Assembly (NCBI GenBank): GCA_963701075.1 | Contig: OY969559.1 | Location: forward strand, 1,550,540 to 1,582,539 | DNA from: an uncultured Nitrososphaerota archaeon | Lineage (GTDB): Archaea > Thermoproteota > Nitrososphaeria > Nitrososphaerales > Nitrosopumilaceae | Direction of reading: 5' to 3' | DNA: 32,000 nt | In this document: positions 16,329 to 24,901 of the stretch, piece by piece | How positions within the stretch are numbered: position 1 is the first letter of the stretch | How the letters are laid out: each line of letters opens with the position of its first letter | Notes under the pieces: generated by a model | Databases searched by the model: none | What the model saw: only the letters and a program-made list of their open reading frames with translations | What the model was told of the DNA's origin: nothing | Position numbers and translations under genes: made by a program

Positions 16329-17714
16329 TCATTCAACATGATGTTGTACTATCAGCTGGTCGTAGAATCTTACTGACTTGATATTGACAAACTCTAACAT
16401 GCCATATCTTGAGAGTTCTCTTCCAAAGCCACTTTGTTTTACTCCACCAAAAGGTATTCTTGGATCAGAGACAACAACGTTGTTTACTGCAACAAGCCCA
16501 GATTCGACCAATCTTGACAGCTTGTCAGCTTTATCCAGATCCTGAGTCCAAATACTCCCACCAAGGCCATATTGTGACCCGTTAGCAAGGCGTATTGCCT
16601 CCATTTCATCTTCTACGATAGTTATTGGTGCAACGGGTCCAAATGCCTCCTCATTAGCCATACGCATGTTGGTGGTAACATTACCAAGTATTGTTGGACT
16701 GTAAAAGTATCCCTTGCTGTTCATCCTCTTACCACCAGTTAGTACTTCAGCACCTTTGTCTACGGCATCTTTTACAAGTTCTTCTATTTTTTCAAGACCT
16801 TCTGAATTTACCATAGGTCCTATGTCAGTATCTTCAGATGTTGGGTCTCCCACTCTGAGTTTCTCCGTTTTTTGAACAAACTTTTCAATAAATTCTTTGG
16901 CAAGATTTTTTGTTACAAAAAATCTTTTTGATGCAATACAGCTTTGTCCACAGTTGATAAAACGCCCTTTGACTGCACCTGTGGATGCCTTTTCAGCATC
17001 TGCGTCCGAGCACACTATGAAAGGATCGCTGCCGCCAAGTTCTAGGACGCATTTCTTTATTTTGGAGGTAGCCCGTTGTGCCACTTTTGCGCCAGCCATG
17101 TTACTGCCAGTAAATGTCACAGCGTTAACAGAATCTATGAGCTGCTCTGCCATGGAAGAATCAGCAATCGCGGTTTGGAAGACACCTTCAGGCAATCCTG
17201 CTTTCTTGAACATATTTTCAATTTCTATACCGCACTGCATTGTGGCACTAGCCGGCTTTAGAACAACAGTATTCCCAGCCATCAACGAAGGAGCAGCAAA
17301 TCTCAAAGCTTGCCAGTATGGAAAATTCCATGGCATTATACTTCCAATTACCCCTATTGGCTCAAACGCAATGAAGCTCTTTCTAGCATCAGTGTTTACG
17401 GATTCATCATGAAGAAAGGTTCCACTGTTATCGGCATAAAACTCCATAACCCAAGCACACTTTTCAACTTCGGATAACGATTCCTTGATTGCCTTACCCA
17501 TCTCTTTTGTTGCAGTAAGTGCCAACTGTTGTTTGTTTTTTCGCAAAACATCAGCAAAAATATTGATAAAATCAGATCTTCTTTTGATATCTCTTTTCCA
17601 ATCAGAAAAGGCCTTTTTTGATTTTTCTATTTTTTTATCCAGTTCGTCTTTTGTTATAACATCGTATTGTGCCAAAACCTCCTCTGTTGTAGGATTAACT
17701 GTCTTGATTACCAT
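16329..17714 (-). CDS. NAD(P)+-dependent aldehyde dehydrogenase (succinate-semialdehyde dehydrogenase-like)
   Basis: MVIKTVNPTTEEVL start (internal ATG at 17714 preferred over the tracked 17780). WNFPYWQ, VLKPAS, FTGS, ELGGSDP and the catalytic FINCGQSCIASKR. Confidence 0.9.
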   Translation of the reverse strand: MVIKTVNPTTEEVLAQYDVITKDELDKKIEKSKKAFSDWKRDIKRRSDFINIFADVLRKNKQQLALTATKEMGKAIKESLSEVEKCAWVMEFYADNSGTFLHDESVNTDARKSFIAFEPIGVIGSIMPWNFPYWQALRFAAPSLMAGNTVVLKPASATMQCGIEIENMFKKAGLPEGVFQTAIADSSMAEQLIDSVNAVTFTGSNMAGAKVAQRATSKIKKCVLELGGSDPFIVCSDADAEKASTGAVKGRFINCGQSCIASKRFFVTKNLAKEFIEKFVQKTEKLRVGDPTSEDTDIGPMVNSEGLEKIEELVKDAVDKGAEVLTGGKRMNSKGYFYSPTILGNVTTNMRMANEEAFGPVAPITIVEDEMEAIRLANGSQYGLGGSIWTQDLDKADKLSRLVESGLVAVNNVVVSDPRIPFGGVKQSGFGRELSRYGMLEFVNIKSVRFYDQLIVQHHVE

Positions 17715-17821
17715 ACCAGGGTAAAATAAGGCGTCGTATATAATCCTCCAACTGCCTGGTTGCAAGCGAGTAATTTGCAATTTTTGAAGCTTTTAATATT
17801 TTAATCAATAAGGCATACCAT

Positions 17822-18919
17822 ATGCAATCTCTCTCCTCTCGTGAAAAGCAAAACTTGCAGTTTGAGACAGTTCTCATCTTGCAGGGAGGAGGATCTCTCG
17901 GGGCTTATGAATGCGGGGTCTACAAGGCCTTATACAGACATGGAATCAAGTTCGACATAGTAGCAGGAACTTCTATTGGAGCAGTTAATGCGTCTATTAT
18001 TACAGGAAGTAGAAGCGACGATCCGGCAAAGGCATTGGAGGAGTTTTGGCTGGATTTGGCAGAAGGTGTAACTTCCTCTAGCTTGCCTGACAAGATACGA
18101 CCATACTTTGCATCAATGTATTCTGCAGTTTTTGGAAACCCCAAAATGTTCTTTCCAAAATGGTTTATTCCAAGTGCAGATTATTTTATGCCGTATTTTT
18201 GGCAATACATTTACGACATAGCCCCCCTCAAGAAAACATTAAACCAGTATGTCGATTTTCAAAGGATTCAAAGCTCCGATAAGCCAAGACTCATAATAAC
18301 ATCCACCGATGTCCAAAATGCAAAGCCTTCTGTTTTTGATAGCGAGTATGACAATATCGAAGCAGATCACGTACTTGCCAGTGCAGGGTATCCATTTTAT
18401 GGCATATCATGGACCCAAAAGAGCGGAAAATATCTCTGGGATGGGACTCTTTTGAGCAACACACCTCTTCGTGAAGTGATAAATGCTTCACCAAAACACG
18501 ACAAGAAAGTTTACGTGGTAGATCTCTTTCCAAAAAATCAGCCCGAGCTTCCAAATAACATGTTTGAAGTCTGGCACAGAGCAAGAGACATCATACATAC
18601 TGATAAGACAGAGCATAACATACACATGTCAAGGATAATCACTCGCTACCTGAAATTAATACGAGAGATGCATGAAATTCTTAGTTCTTCCACACTTGAC
18701 GAAAAGGCCAAATCCAAACTTGCACTGTTAGAACTAGAATATCACAAGCTTGCCTCAGAACGAGGTAGCATCATAGAGCAGATAGTAAAAATACAACGTC
18801 ATGAACATGCTCATTTTCTCTTAGAAGATGCAGATTTTTCAATTGCTACAATAAGAGAATTGATAGAAAAAGGCGAAAGAGATGCAAAGGAAGCGCTCGC
18901 TACAAACAGCGTGGAATAG
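17822..18919 (+). CDS. patatin-like phospholipase/esterase (candidate PHA depolymerase)
   Basis: LQGGGSLGAYECGV (oxyanion GGGxxG), GTSIGAVNA (GxSxG nucleophile) and WDGTLLSNTPL (catalytic Asp DG motif). Confidence 0.85.
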   Translation: MQSLSSREKQNLQFETVLILQGGGSLGAYECGVYKALYRHGIKFDIVAGTSIGAVNASIITGSRSDDPAKALEEFWLDLAEGVTSSSLPDKIRPYFASMYSAVFGNPKMFFPKWFIPSADYFMPYFWQYIYDIAPLKKTLNQYVDFQRIQSSDKPRLIITSTDVQNAKPSVFDSEYDNIEADHVLASAGYPFYGISWTQKSGKYLWDGTLLSNTPLREVINASPKHDKKVYVVDLFPKNQPELPNNMFEVWHRARDIIHTDKTEHNIHMSRIITRYLKLIREMHEILSSSTLDEKAKSKLALLELEYHKLASERGSIIEQIVKIQRHEHAHFLLEDADFSIATIRELIEKGERDAKEALATNSVE

Positions 18920-19023
18920 TAGATCGCAAGATAGAGTAGAAAAACAGACCAAAGACAATTTACACAGTGTCAAATGATTATAACGAAAAAGACTTATCAT
19001 GCATGCTTTCTCCCTACATATAG

Positions 19024-19622
19024 TTGCAAACCAAGTTTGCAGATGTCTGGGGGCACAAAGTAAGATACTTGGAGGAAGGCAAGTCAGGTAAAACGATCCT
19101 GCTTATCCATGGATTAGGCGGTTCTGCAGAGAGATGGTTAAAAGTCATCCCTATTTTGAGCCCAAAGTACAGGGTTATCGCCCCCGATATGATCGGTTTT
19201 GGATATAGCGACAAGCCTTCAGTTGACTATACAATAGAATTTTTTGGCAAGTTCCTATCTGCTTTTATTGATACATTAGGCCTAAAAACAGCGATTCTGG
19301 TAGGTACCTCTCTTGGAGGGCAGATTGCAGCAGAATGTACTAACACCAATCATGCCATAGAAAAGTTAGTCCTTGTTTCCCCTTCTGGGGCCATGAAACA
19401 GTCTACTGCAGCTGTAGACGCATACATGATGGCTGCTCTCTATCCCAATCATGCAAGTGCTAGAACTGCATTTGAGATGATGGCCAATTCAGGTACAGTT
19501 GACGAGTTTACAGTATCTGATTTTGTAAAAAGAATGTCCATTCCAAACGCAAAGCTTGCGTTTATCTCTTCAGTCCTAGGAATAAAGAACTCGAAGATAG
19601 ATGAAAGTTTGCAGAAGATCTG
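19024..19622 (+). pseudogene. alpha/beta hydrolase paralog 1, N-terminal fragment (nucleophile half), cut by the inversion junction
   Basis: Collinear with the 23131..23919 paralog (HGLGGSAERW, GTSLGG, LYPNH) up to ...IDESLQKI. The rest of the tracked ORF (CMFVGKRDSIF...) is antisense to a phasin-like N-terminus. Confidence 0.8.
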
Positions 19623-19760
19623 CATGTTTGTAGGTAAAAGGGATTCTATCTTCTCAATTACATTAGTGGCATTAGTGTGCATAATGTCACAAACAGAAAT
19701 AGTTGACTTGTTCTCAACAGTATCAGGATTTGTAGGCTGTGGTCTCTTTTGCGCCATCAC
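19623..19760 (-). pseudogene. phasin-like paralog 2, N-terminal fragment (46 codons)
   Basis: MMAQKRPQPTNPDTVENKSTISVCDIMHTNATNVIEKIESLLPTNM. It joins in frame to 22691..23014 if 19623..22690 is flipped. The remainder of tracked ORF 19449..19760 is antisense hydrolase. Confidence 0.6.
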
Positions 19761-19967
19761 CTGCTATACTATGAGGTATCTTTTAATGATTTGTGGGTGA
19801 GGTGTGTTAAGATTCGAACTGGGATAAAACCACTCCTTTTGAATATCCGTACAGCAACTATTCCTTCTTTGTTAATCGTTATCTAATATCGATGAGACAC
19901 TCTGTGATCTTTATCTCAATACAAAGTAGCAATCTCTATAAGATGTGAATGTTACTTAATACACTTA

Positions 19968-20546
19968 ATGAGTTATACGGAAGAGTATAAGAAATCATTA
20001 GGGTATTACAAGCATGTCTCCCTATTTTGGACAGATTTGATATCTCTGATGTCAAGTAGGCCACAATCGCTCATGTCCACAGGACCCTTTAGGAAACTAG
20101 GTGTTAATGCCAAAAAGGCCAGTGCTGAAATGATAGAGATCAACCAAGGGCTGGCTGAATTTAATGTAAGACTTGGTGAATATTATAAACAACTCATAGA
20201 TACGTGGAATGAGGCACAAAAACAATTTAGCAAAAAAGTGCCAGAGATTCCAACCGATACGGAACATCTTGACGCTACCAAGCGTATCTGGATAGACATA
20301 TTCGAAAATTACTTTACAAGACTGTTTGATTCTCAGGAATTTGCAGAAAACTTTGGAAAACTAGTATCAAGTGAACTTGATCTTGCAAAACACTGGAATA
20401 ATGTAGCATCGCTCATGTTGGAGACTGTTAACATGCCAACAAAGAAAGAAATTGACGAGCTGTATAAAGAATTACACTTGTTGCGAAAAAGAGTTGCCAA
20501 ACTTGAAAAAATATCTAATCATGGAGGAAATGGAAATGGAAAGTGA
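19968..20546 (+). CDS. phaE: class III PHA synthase subunit PhaE
   Basis: C-terminal PhaE box NMPTKKEIDELYKELHLLRKRVAKLE. Located immediately upstream of phaC and overlapping it. Confidence 0.8.
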   Translation: MSYTEEYKKSLGYYKHVSLFWTDLISLMSSRPQSLMSTGPFRKLGVNAKKASAEMIEINQGLAEFNVRLGEYYKQLIDTWNEAQKQFSKKVPEIPTDTEHLDATKRIWIDIFENYFTRLFDSQEFAENFGKLVSSELDLAKHWNNVASLMLETVNMPTKKEIDELYKELHLLRKRVAKLEKISNHGGNGNGK

Positions 20547-21606
20547 ACTTAGAATAGACCCCCGTATATTGGAGGAGTTTCTACAAATGAACAGAAATAT
20601 TCTTGATGCGCCAAAGTTGGTTGCGGCGCCAGATGAGATCAGCATGGAAATGACCCCATACGATGTTGTGTATTCTGAAGGAAAGATGAGATTATTACAT
20701 TTTAATTCTTCCCAGAAAAAACAGGTAAAAACTCCTCTTTTGATTACATATGCTTTGATAAACAGATATCATATCCTAGATATTCATCCGCAAAAAAGCT
20801 GGGTGAGAAATATGTTAGAACAAGGTCTAGATGTATATTTGATAGATTGGGGAACCCCGACTACTATGGATAGATATCTTGGTTTTGATGATTATGTAAA
20901 TGGCTACATGGACAACTGTGTAGACTTTATTCTTAACGAGTCAGGTGTTGATAAGGTCTCAATGCAAGGATACTGTACGGGAGGCACTCTTGCTACAGTT
21001 TACGCGTCACTGTATCATGAAAAAATAAAAAACTTGATTTTAACGGCTCCAGTAATTGACGGGAGCAGGGATAGTACAGTGGTAGCAAACTTGGCAAAAC
21101 ATATGGATGTGGACAAGATGGCTGATATCGTAGGAAATGTACCTCCTGAATTCATGTATTACGTGTTCTCTATTCTCAAGCCCTTCGAACAGGGCCTTGA
21201 AAAATATGTCCAATTCTTTAAAAATATTCACAACAAAGAGTATGTCGAAAACTTTATCCGAGTGGAAAAATGGCTAAGCGATACCCCGCCTATTCCGGGC
21301 GAACTTTTCAGGGAATGGGTAAAGAATGTCTACCAGGACAATTTACTGATTAGGAACCAAATGCATGTATCGGGCAGGCAGATAAATCTCAAAAATATAT
21401 CCATGCCTGTCTTTACTCAAGTGGCAGTGGGAGATCATCTGGTATCTCCAGAATGCAGTATGCCAATACACTATGCGGTGTCTAGTGAAGACAAAACGTT
21501 GAGAATGTATGCTACCGGGCATGTAGGTATGATAGCAAGCTCATTTTCTCAAAAAAAGGTACTACCAGAACTAGGTCAATGGATAAAAGAAAGATCTGAA
21601 AAATAA
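20521..21606 (+). CDS. phaC: class III poly(3-hydroxyalkanoate) synthase PhaC
   Basis: Lipase-box variant MQGYCTGGTLAT (G-x-C-x-G catalytic Cys). WLSDTPPIPGELFREWV, and GHVGMIAS (His). The ATG at 20521 gives 361 aa, the usual class III size. The tracked 20452 start lies inside phaE. Confidence 0.9.
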   Translation: MEEMEMESELRIDPRILEEFLQMNRNILDAPKLVAAPDEISMEMTPYDVVYSEGKMRLLHFNSSQKKQVKTPLLITYALINRYHILDIHPQKSWVRNMLEQGLDVYLIDWGTPTTMDRYLGFDDYVNGYMDNCVDFILNESGVDKVSMQGYCTGGTLATVYASLYHEKIKNLILTAPVIDGSRDSTVVANLAKHMDVDKMADIVGNVPPEFMYYVFSILKPFEQGLEKYVQFFKNIHNKEYVENFIRVEKWLSDTPPIPGELFREWVKNVYQDNLLIRNQMHVSGRQINLKNISMPVFTQVAVGDHLVSPECSMPIHYAVSSEDKTLRMYATGHVGMIASSFSQKKVLPELGQWIKERSEK

Positions 21607-21629
21607 AAAAAGAGTTAGATACTAACTAA

Positions 21630-22046
21630 CTAATTTCTTGTTGGTGTCCATGCTGAGAACCAAGATTGCAGTATGTTTGCATTCATATCAGAAAACGCTT
21701 TTGTGTTGTCGTTGAATGTCTTTACGTTTTGTCTGATTGCATCAATTGTTGCTAGTACTGCTTTGCTTTGGACAGAACCTGTCTTGACTATCTCTTCTGT
21801 TGCATCATTAACTATTTTGAAGTATGCTGATGGTACATTTGTAGATAGACCTGTTCTTGAAGTATATTCATGTTGCATTGAAATTGCATTCTCGATTGTA
21901 TTTTTACATGCTGTTGCATATTCTTGCTGTAGATTGGTTACTGCTTGTAAACACTGTGCAACATTCTTCTCTGCTTCATCAAAGCATCGGTTAACATTCT
22001 GCTTGTACACTGCAAAGATCTCTTTTGTCTCTGTTGTCTTACTCAT
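21630..22046 (-). CDS. phasin-like protein (PhaP-like, helical, 138 aa)
   Basis: Helical Q/N/K/E-rich protein, translationally coupled (ATGA) to the AbrB-type gene upstream. This matches the phaR-phaP arrangement known from haloarchaea. The assignment is by context. Confidence 0.55.
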   Translation of the reverse strand: MSKTTETKEIFAVYKQNVNRCFDEAEKNVAQCLQAVTNLQQEYATACKNTIENAISMQHEYTSRTGLSTNVPSAYFKIVNDATEEIVKTGSVQSKAVLATIDAIRQNVKTFNDNTKAFSDMNANILQSWFSAWTPTRN

Positions 22047-22462
22047 TCTTTCACCTCCTCTTTTTGTTTTCTCCTTTCGACCGGTATGACAATTACTTGT
22101 ACAAGGTCTTCTTCCTTGATTCCAAGAGCTTCTCGTTCTGCTTCCGGTATCGAAATGCGACCATTACTTCCTACTGACGTTTTGAAGGTACCCCATGATA
22201 GGAGCGAGGGTAGTAGCTGTGAAGGGTTGAACATGTTGTACATTCCCTTTGACTGCATATCTGTAAAATTTTGGACAAAATCGGACTGTGCTTTTGTAGT
22301 CTTGTTTGTTATTTCTTTTAGTGTTTCAAGCGGATTGATTTGGTTGTTTCTGCTCATCATCTCGCCAAAAGTCTTCATGAAATCCATCTGTGCCTTTCCA
22401 CTTCGTTGTATCCACTCGTGGAACATCTCAGTCGGATCGTATTGGTTGTTATTACCAGTCAT
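22043..22462 (-). CDS. AbrB/SpoVT-domain regulator (PhaR-like)
   Basis: C-terminal SNGRISIPEAEREALGIKEEDLVQVIVIPV is a looped-hinge-helix AbrB motif. Haloarchaeal PhaR is an AbrB-domain protein encoded next to phaP/phaEC. Confidence 0.65.
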   Translation of the reverse strand: MTGNNNQYDPTEMFHEWIQRSGKAQMDFMKTFGEMMSRNNQINPLETLKEITNKTTKAQSDFVQNFTDMQSKGMYNMFNPSQLLPSLLSWGTFKTSVGSNGRISIPEAEREALGIKEEDLVQVIVIPVERRKQKEEVKE

Positions 22463-22487
22463 TGGTAATAGTTACCAGTAACTGGTA
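22452..22487. promoter_or_regulatory. four alternating TTACCA(GT)/TGGTAA half-sites forming nested palindromes across the PhaR-like start codon
   Basis: TTACCAGT cat TGGTAA tag TTACCAGT aa CTGGTA. It includes the perfect 15-mer palindrome TACCAGT-A-ACTGGTA (22473..22487). The ATG is at 22462-22460. Confidence 0.4.
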
Positions 22488-22488
22488 T

Positions 22489-22689
22489 TTAACTCTTGGC
22501 CAAAATGAGTCTTGAATCTAGGAACTCTAGTATGGATTCGGAGAATATGTCTGGCTTTTCCACATGTGGCAAGTGACCGCAGTCGTCTAACTCTAGGAAC
22601 TTGCAATTCCTAATTGAGGAGACAAATTGCTTAGCATGCTCAATGGGTATCACTCTGTCTTCTTTTCCCCACACCAATAATGTGGGCAC
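22489..22689 (-). pseudogene. alpha/beta hydrolase paralog 1, C-terminal fragment (Asp/His half)
   Basis: VPTLLVWGKEDRVIPIEHAKQFVSSIRNCKFLELDDCGHLPHVEKPDIF aligns without gaps to VPTLLIWGKEDKMIPIEYSKEFVSSIPGCDFVVMNGCGHTPYEEKPNEF of the intact paralog. It has no N-terminal half of its own. Confidence 0.8.
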
Positions 22690-22690
22690 C

Positions 22691-23014
22691 CAGATGTATT
22701 CGGATTTTTACACAGAATACCTACATTCATTACAAGATCTTTTTGGAGCATGCTATATAGCAGAAAACGAAATTTTATCCAAGATGGGAATTGACCAGAA
22801 AGATCTCCAGTCCTTTGACACATATACCAAGACAGCTACCAGATCAACAATCGTTCAAATTGAAATGGCTAACAATATTCAAAAAACATATTTACAAACT
22901 CAGATATCAGCCATTAAAACACTTGATGAGTACATACGTCTTACACTTGATTATTATTCTAGGATGCTTTCCATGTCTCTCAACTCTCCTTTTCAGAAAA
23001 TTTCAAACCACTAG
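22691..23014 (+). pseudogene. phasin-like paralog 2, C-terminal fragment
   Basis: QMYSDFYTEYLHSLQDLF...IQKTYLQTQISAIKTLDEYIRLTLDYYSRML has the same helical architecture as 21630..22046. The upstream part of tracked ORF 22601..23014 is antisense to the hydrolase fragment. Confidence 0.6.
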
Positions 23015-23130
23015 TTCCTTTTTCTCAAGACAATGCCTTTAGTTGTAGTTAGATTCAATAAATTGCCAAAATTGGTAAATAATATAGCTCGACAAAAACT
23101 TATGTAACGATTAAATTGACCAAATTATAC

Positions 23131-23919
23131 ATGCAAGAGAAATATATCACAGTCAACGGAAATAAGATAAGGTATATTGAAGAAGGAGACTCGAAAAATA
23201 CCATAATTTTACTTCATGGCTTAGGAGGAATAGCAGAGAGATGGTTACCTGTAGTTCCGCTTCTGAGTAAAAAATACAGAGTGATTGCACTTGATTTGAT
23301 CGGATACGGTCAAAGTGATAAACCACAGGTAGATTACACACCAGAGTTCTTCAGAGATTCTGTACTTGGCTTTCTAGAAACATTGTCATTGCAGAAGACT
23401 GTTATGGTGGGTACATCTCTCGGAGGGGAGATAGTGGCGGAATGTGCAGCTACACAAAATCCTTTGATTAAAAAAATAGTTATGGTGGCACCGGCTGGCA
23501 TAATGAAGAGTCACACTCCTGTTCTTGATGCATATACAATGGCTGCACTATATCCAAATCACGAATCTGTAAAAATAGCATATCAGATGATGATGGGAGA
23601 AAATAAAGAGATAAGTCCCCAGTCAGTTGAAAACTTCATTTCGAATATGACTAGACCCAACTCCAAGATGGTGTTTCTTTCCACACTTTTAGGGATGAAA
23701 AACTCTCCTGTCATAACAGAGAAACTAAAGCTAATCAAAGTACCTACGCTTCTCATATGGGGAAAGGAAGACAAGATGATTCCAATAGAATATTCCAAAG
23801 AGTTTGTGAGCTCAATTCCAGGTTGCGATTTTGTAGTTATGAATGGATGCGGACATACGCCATACGAAGAAAAACCCAATGAATTTTCAAAACTAGTGCT
23901 TGACTTTTTATCCAGGTAG
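23131..23919 (+). CDS. alpha/beta hydrolase paralog 2 (intact; MhpC/BphD-like fold)
   Basis: HGLGGIAERW, GTSLGG nucleophile elbow, GKEDKMIP (Asp) and GCGHTPYEEKP (His). The ATG at 23131 is preferred because MQEKY aligns with MQTKF of paralog 1. Confidence 0.85.
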   Translation: MQEKYITVNGNKIRYIEEGDSKNTIILLHGLGGIAERWLPVVPLLSKKYRVIALDLIGYGQSDKPQVDYTPEFFRDSVLGFLETLSLQKTVMVGTSLGGEIVAECAATQNPLIKKIVMVAPAGIMKSHTPVLDAYTMAALYPNHESVKIAYQMMMGENKEISPQSVENFISNMTRPNSKMVFLSTLLGMKNSPVITEKLKLIKVPTLLIWGKEDKMIPIEYSKEFVSSIPGCDFVVMNGCGHTPYEEKPNEFSKLVLDFLSR

Positions 23920-23937
23920 GGGAGTCATGATTTTTCC

Positions 23938-24282
23938 TTGATAAAAATAAAAAGGGTTTACGAGTCCTCATCTGAAGAAGACGGTTTTAGAATTCTCATC
24001 GATAGACTGTGGCCGCGTGGATTATCAAAAGAATCTGCGCAGATAGATGCATGGTTAAAAGATATAGCGCCTAGCGATAATCTCAGAAAGTGGTTTTCTC
24101 ACGATCCAAAAAAATGGATCGAGTTCAAGAAAAGATACTATAAAGAACTCGAGGAGAAAAAAGACATAGTTTCAAAGATCAGGTTGTTTGAAAAAGAAAA
24201 GAGAATGGTGACATTTCTCTATTCTGCAAAAGATAAAGAACACAATAACGCGGTTTTTCTACAAGAATATATGCAAAAATAG
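23938..24282 (+). CDS. DUF488 (YeaO-like) family protein
   Basis: IKIKRVYE...DGFRILIDRLWPRGLSKE...DAWLKDIAPS..LRKWF.HDP.KW.EF..RY..EL is the DUF488 signature. TTG start. Confidence 0.8.
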   Translation: MIKIKRVYESSSEEDGFRILIDRLWPRGLSKESAQIDAWLKDIAPSDNLRKWFSHDPKKWIEFKKRYYKELEEKKDIVSKIRLFEKEKRMVTFLYSAKDKEHNNAVFLQEYMQK

Positions 24283-24619
24283 ATCAAGATCAGATACTAA
24301 GCAAGCACATACTAAATCAAAATAAACCAATTATAGACAAAATAATTATTTTGTACTTGTTATCTTACACAATATTCATGTATCATGCCGATAATTTTAG
24401 ATACATGGGTAGCAAACAAAGCGATGAGTTTCTTGACGAGGAACCAGAAGATAGCGAAGAAGACACAGAATACCTAAATGATGAATTCGAGGAAGACGGT
24501 TCAAAAGACAAATGAGTGCCACAGCACATTAGAAACATATCAGAGATTTACCAAAACGGTACATTTGACTGATGAATCATTCGTTCTAATCACTTAAAAG
24601 ATAGACTGACTTTTAGATT

Positions 24620-24874
24620 GTGTTGAGTGAATCAGAGTATAATTCTCAAATTGAGAAAATTTCATTGATGATTACTGAGGATAACATGTCGCTTGATGAA
24701 CAAGATCCCATGAAACTTCAAAAATATTACGACTTTGTGAAAAAACATTTTCACTTGGATGGCGAACCTGTCATTCAATTAGTTAACGAAGCATTCTTGT
24801 ATCTAAAACTGAAAAAATCAGATTCCATAGACCCTCTCCAGCATGGAGATGAGTTTGGAGCAGGCTTTAGCTGA
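24620..24874 (+). CDS. hypothetical protein (84 aa)
   Basis: GTG-initiated ORF with a plausible composition and no motif. Confidence 0.4.
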   Translation: MLSESEYNSQIEKISLMITEDNMSLDEQDPMKLQKYYDFVKKHFHLDGEPVIQLVNEAFLYLKLKKSDSIDPLQHGDEFGAGFS

Positions 24875-24901
24875 ATTAAGAGTTTTTCACAATATACCAG
24901 T

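Noticed and set aside
16897-17724. Plus-strand ORFs inside the aldehyde dehydrogenase gene (16897..17412, 17076..17261, 17485..17724) and the N-terminal extension to 17780
   Set aside because: These are antisense shadows. The extension MQITRLQPGSWRIIYDALFYPG precedes the canonical MVIKTVNP start, has no counterpart in the ALDH family pattern, and would run into the divergent promoter region.
19449-19800. ORF 19449..19760 (103 aa) and the 3' tail of ORF 19024..19800 as genuine full-length proteins
   Set aside because: Both are chimeras created at the inversion junction. Each consists of a real gene fragment fused to the antisense of the other gene.
19805-19835. tRNA-like GATTCGAAC string (T-loop-like) near the inversion, considered as a tRNA gene or integration att site
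   Set aside because: The flanking bases do not pair into a T-stem (e.g. CCCAG versus CTTAA). No acceptor or anticodon arms could be folded by eye, and there is no integrase nearby.
21673-22481. Plus-strand ORFs 21673..22089 and 22086..22481
   Set aside because: They are antisense to the phasin-like and AbrB-type genes, which have motif and translational-coupling support.
19618-22695. Site-specific invertible (phase-variation) switch or mobile element as the cause of the inversion
   Set aside because: Only a 5-bp inverted microhomology is present at the ends. There are no longer inverted repeats, no recombinase, invertase or transposase ORF, and no target-site duplications in the window.
24405-24515. 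36-aa highly acidic ORF (MGSKQSDEFLDEEPEDSEEDTEYLNDEFEEDGSKDK)
   Set aside because: It is too short and low-complexity to support from sequence alone, with no recognisable motif or clear promoter. It might be real but cannot be defended here.
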